Of a DNA stretch of 20,000 nt, positions 18,175 through 20,000 are shown piece by piece. Location of the stretch: the NCBI GenBank assembly GCA_035559535.1, contig DATMBG010000050.1, positions 55,986 through 75,985 of the forward strand. Direction: 5' to 3'. The translations under genes and the position numbers were made by a program. The notes below the pieces were generated by a model, which saw only the letters and a program-made list of their open reading frames with translations, had not been told where the DNA came from and made no database searches. Position 1 is the first letter of the stretch. Each line of letters opens with the position of its first letter. Origin of the DNA: Candidatus Limnocylindrales bacterium. Its GTDB lineage: Bacteria > Moduliflexota > Moduliflexia > Moduliflexales > JAUQPW01.

Positions 18175-19608
18175 TCACAAATCAAGTGGGCTTTTGGCCT
18201 CTTTAATCGTGATACTCCTCACGGTATGAGTATAAATCATGGTGGTTTTGACATCGCTGTGTCCCAGTAACTCCTGAATCGTCCGGATATCATAATTCGC
18301 TTGGAGCAGGTGGCTGGCAAAACTGTGGCGAAACGTATGGGCTGAGGCGCGCTTACAAATTCTGGCCTTCCCAACCGCCTGCTTAATCGCCTTTTGTACA
18401 TGCGTTTCATGCAGATGATACCGCCGGTATTCCCCCGTCTTCTCAATGTAGGTTAACTGTTTTGCCGGGAAAAACCATTGCCAGATAAACTCCTTGGCCG
18501 CATTCTTATATTTTTTCTCTAACGCGTTCACTAAAAACACTCCCGCATAATCCCGTTCCAGGTCTTGTTGGTGTAGGTCTTTCAACGATTGAAGCTGGGC
18601 TCGGAGTTCAGGGAGGATCGTTTCAGGAAGCGGCACCGTTCGGTCTTTTTGTCCCTTGCCGTCATGAACGGTTAAGACTCCTGCATCCAAATTAAAACCA
18701 TGCACCCGAAGATGTAAACATTCCGAAAGCCGTAGCCCACAGCCATACAACAATTTCACCACCAGATCATACGGAGGCGACAAATGCTGAAGAATTGCTT
18801 CAATCTCTTCACGGGATAACACCACTGGAACGTAGGGTTTTCGCTTTGCTCTGACAACCCCCTGGAGCTTCCCAAACTCCTTGTTCAGAACCTGTCTATA
18901 AAAAAATAACAGTGCATTAAAGGCCTGGTTCTGGGTTGAAGCCGACACCTTTCGGGTTACCGCCAAAAACGTCAAGAACTCCTTGACATCTGCAGAAGAG
19001 AGCCATTGCGGATCCTTGCTTCGAGTAAAGGTTTGAAAGTGTCGTACCCACTGGGTATAGGTTTCTAAGGTTTTCGGGGAATAATGCCGGACCTGGATTT
19101 CATTAGCCAACCGGGTGTACACCGCCTTCCAGGAAACTCCCGTTGCAGGGTCCTGGGCTTGCGGTGTCTTGGGCTTATCGAAGGGTCGAAGGGATGTTTT
19201 CGCTTGGTTGGAGGAAGAGACGGTCTTAGGAGCAGTGTCCTGAGCTGGTCGAAGGGACGATTCAGGGAGAGCCTTCCCCGGAGGACTATCTTTCCCTTCG
19301 ACAAAGCTCAGGACAGGTTTGGTCGAAGGGACCTCGTTGAGGGAACCCCTGAAGTGAATCAGTTCGTAGTACAGCGAGATCGCATGGGACGCCTGCTGTT
19401 GTTGCGCCTTGGTTTGCTTCTTTTCCTGTAATTTATGGAGAAAGTGAGGAAGACTCTCTCTCTGCGTGTGAGGAAAATGATACTTCTGACAAAAATCCAG
19501 ATAATAGCGCAGCCATTTTATATAAGCAGCATGGGCATGTTTCGGAATCGCCGTGTTTCGTAAACAGGTTTCAAATTGTGTCCGTAAGGCTGAAGGAATA
19601 TTGAGCAT
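18175..19608 (-). CDS. intI: Integron integrase (tyrosine recombinase), long form, about 477 aa
   Basis: Catalytic R-K-H-R-H-Y set in YGCGLRLSE, GKGQKDR, HTFRHSFASHLL, LLGHSDVKTTMIYTH; VSASTQNQAFNALLFFY; integron-specific insertion WQWFFPA...RRYHLHETHVQKA. Start placed at ATG 19608 because AGGAG lies 8 nt upstream; the ORF track start at 19686 lies in the promoter region. Confidence 0.95.
   Translation of the reverse strand: MLNIPSALRTQFETCLRNTAIPKHAHAAYIKWLRYYLDFCQKYHFPHTQRESLPHFLHKLQEKKQTKAQQQQASHAISLYYELIHFRGSLNEVPSTKPVLSFVEGKDSPPGKALPESSLRPAQDTAPKTVSSSNQAKTSLRPFDKPKTPQAQDPATGVSWKAVYTRLANEIQVRHYSPKTLETYTQWVRHFQTFTRSKDPQWLSSADVKEFLTFLAVTRKVSASTQNQAFNALLFFYRQVLNKEFGKLQGVVRAKRKPYVPVVLSREEIEAILQHLSPPYDLVVKLLYGCGLRLSECLHLRVHGFNLDAGVLTVHDGKGQKDRTVPLPETILPELRAQLQSLKDLHQQDLERDYAGVFLVNALEKKYKNAAKEFIWQWFFPAKQLTYIEKTGEYRRYHLHETHVQKAIKQAVGKARICKRASAHTFRHSFASHLLQANYDIRTIQELLGHSDVKTTMIYTHTVRSITIKEAKSPLDL
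19165..19331. repeat. Cluster of REP-like palindromic units (TGTCCTGAGCT-KGTCGAAGGG) inside intI
   Basis: Units at 19165-19185 (tgtcttgggcttatcgaaggg), 19236-19257 (tgtcctgagctggtcgaaggga), inverted at 19293-19315 (tcccttcgacaaagctcaggaca), partial copies at 19186-19193 and 19322-19331. Confidence 0.85.
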
Positions 19609-19699
19609 AGGGTGTTCTCCTGAAGCATAATATTTTTCTAGATAATCTTCCATATGACATGATATACAGAAAGTAAGAAATAACATAGCCGAAAAAAAC

Positions 19700-19728
19700 T
19701 TGTCAAGAATTTATGTATAGAATATAAT
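19700..19728 (+). promoter_or_regulatory. Candidate cassette promoter Pc
   Basis: TTGTCA (19700-19705), 17-bp spacer, TATAAT (19723-19728), pointing toward attI and the first cassette. Confidence 0.75.
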
Positions 19729-19829
19729 ATGTAATATAACGATGCGGGAGGTTAGGGCATCAGCAAGCGACCCCAAATCAGAGAGTTTGTTGCCGCATAG
19801 AGACATGGGGAACCTTCCAACGTCGTGGA

Positions 19830-19862
19830 GATATACAGAAACTATACAATAACTTGTTAGGC
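19830..19862 (+). other. attI recombination site, core GTTAGGC at 19856-19862
   Basis: GTTRRRY core upstream of and divergent from intI, 18 bp before a new gene with its own RBS; similarity to the second platform copy ends at this core. Confidence 0.8.
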
Positions 19863-19880
19863 GTAAACGGAGGGACGTAA

Positions 19881-20000
19881 ATGCCAGAAGTTCAGTCGCA
19901 GGGAATACGCATCAGCTACGACGACCAGGGCCAAGGAGAGCCGGCGCTCCTCTTCATGCCTGGCTGGTGTGGTAGTCGCAGGGTCTTTGACGAACTCGCC
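19881..20000 (+). CDS. Probable first gene cassette: alpha/beta hydrolase N-terminus, truncated by the window edge and absent from the ORF track
   Basis: GGAGG at 19869-19873, then MPEVQSQGIRISYDDQGQGEPALLFMPGWCGSRRVFDELA; 72/120 G+C by hand count, visibly higher than the flanking DNA. Confidence 0.8.
   Translation, partial: MPEVQSQGIRISYDDQGQGEPALLFMPGWCGSRRVFDELA

Noticed and set aside
19165-19331. CRISPR-like array
   Set aside because: Units are degenerate, in mixed orientation, irregularly spaced and inside a coding frame; no cas genes in the window.
19609-19686. 26-aa N-terminal extension of IntI in the ORF track
   Set aside because: It runs through AT-rich promoter DNA without an RBS; ATG 19608 has a good AGGAG.
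19751-19757. GTTAGGG as an alternative attI core
   Set aside because: Not conserved in the second platform copy and not adjacent to a gene start.
19609-19860. LexA box upstream of intI
   Set aside because: No CTGT-N8-ACAG or GAAC-N4-GTTC motif found by eye; a lineage-specific box remains possible.

Overview
Chromosomal bacterial window in three parts. (1) 1-3912: trpE (5'-truncated by the window edge), trpG, trpS and a convergent histidine phosphatase. (2) 4677-17673: an 11-gene co-directional cluster. A MoxR AAA+ ATPase, DUF58/vWA, membrane-anchored Ig-like protein, vWA, TPR and vWA set follows the gene order of methylotroph mxaR-S-A-C-K-L rather than the Bacteroides bat order. It is split by a four-gene MacAB/FtsX-type ABC exporter and ends with a probably secreted MetX-like alpha/beta hydrolase. 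The third gene appears to carry subtilase-propeptide-like domains without a protease domain. (3) 17692-20000: an integron with a long integrase (extra N-terminal domain, REP-like palindromes in frame in its linker), a near-consensus cassette promoter, an attI core and the start of a GC-richer first cassette gene. Directly downstream of intI lies a second, internally deleted copy of the platform (intI fragment fused to promoter and attI). All calls come from motif reading and manual alignment; no database searches were run.
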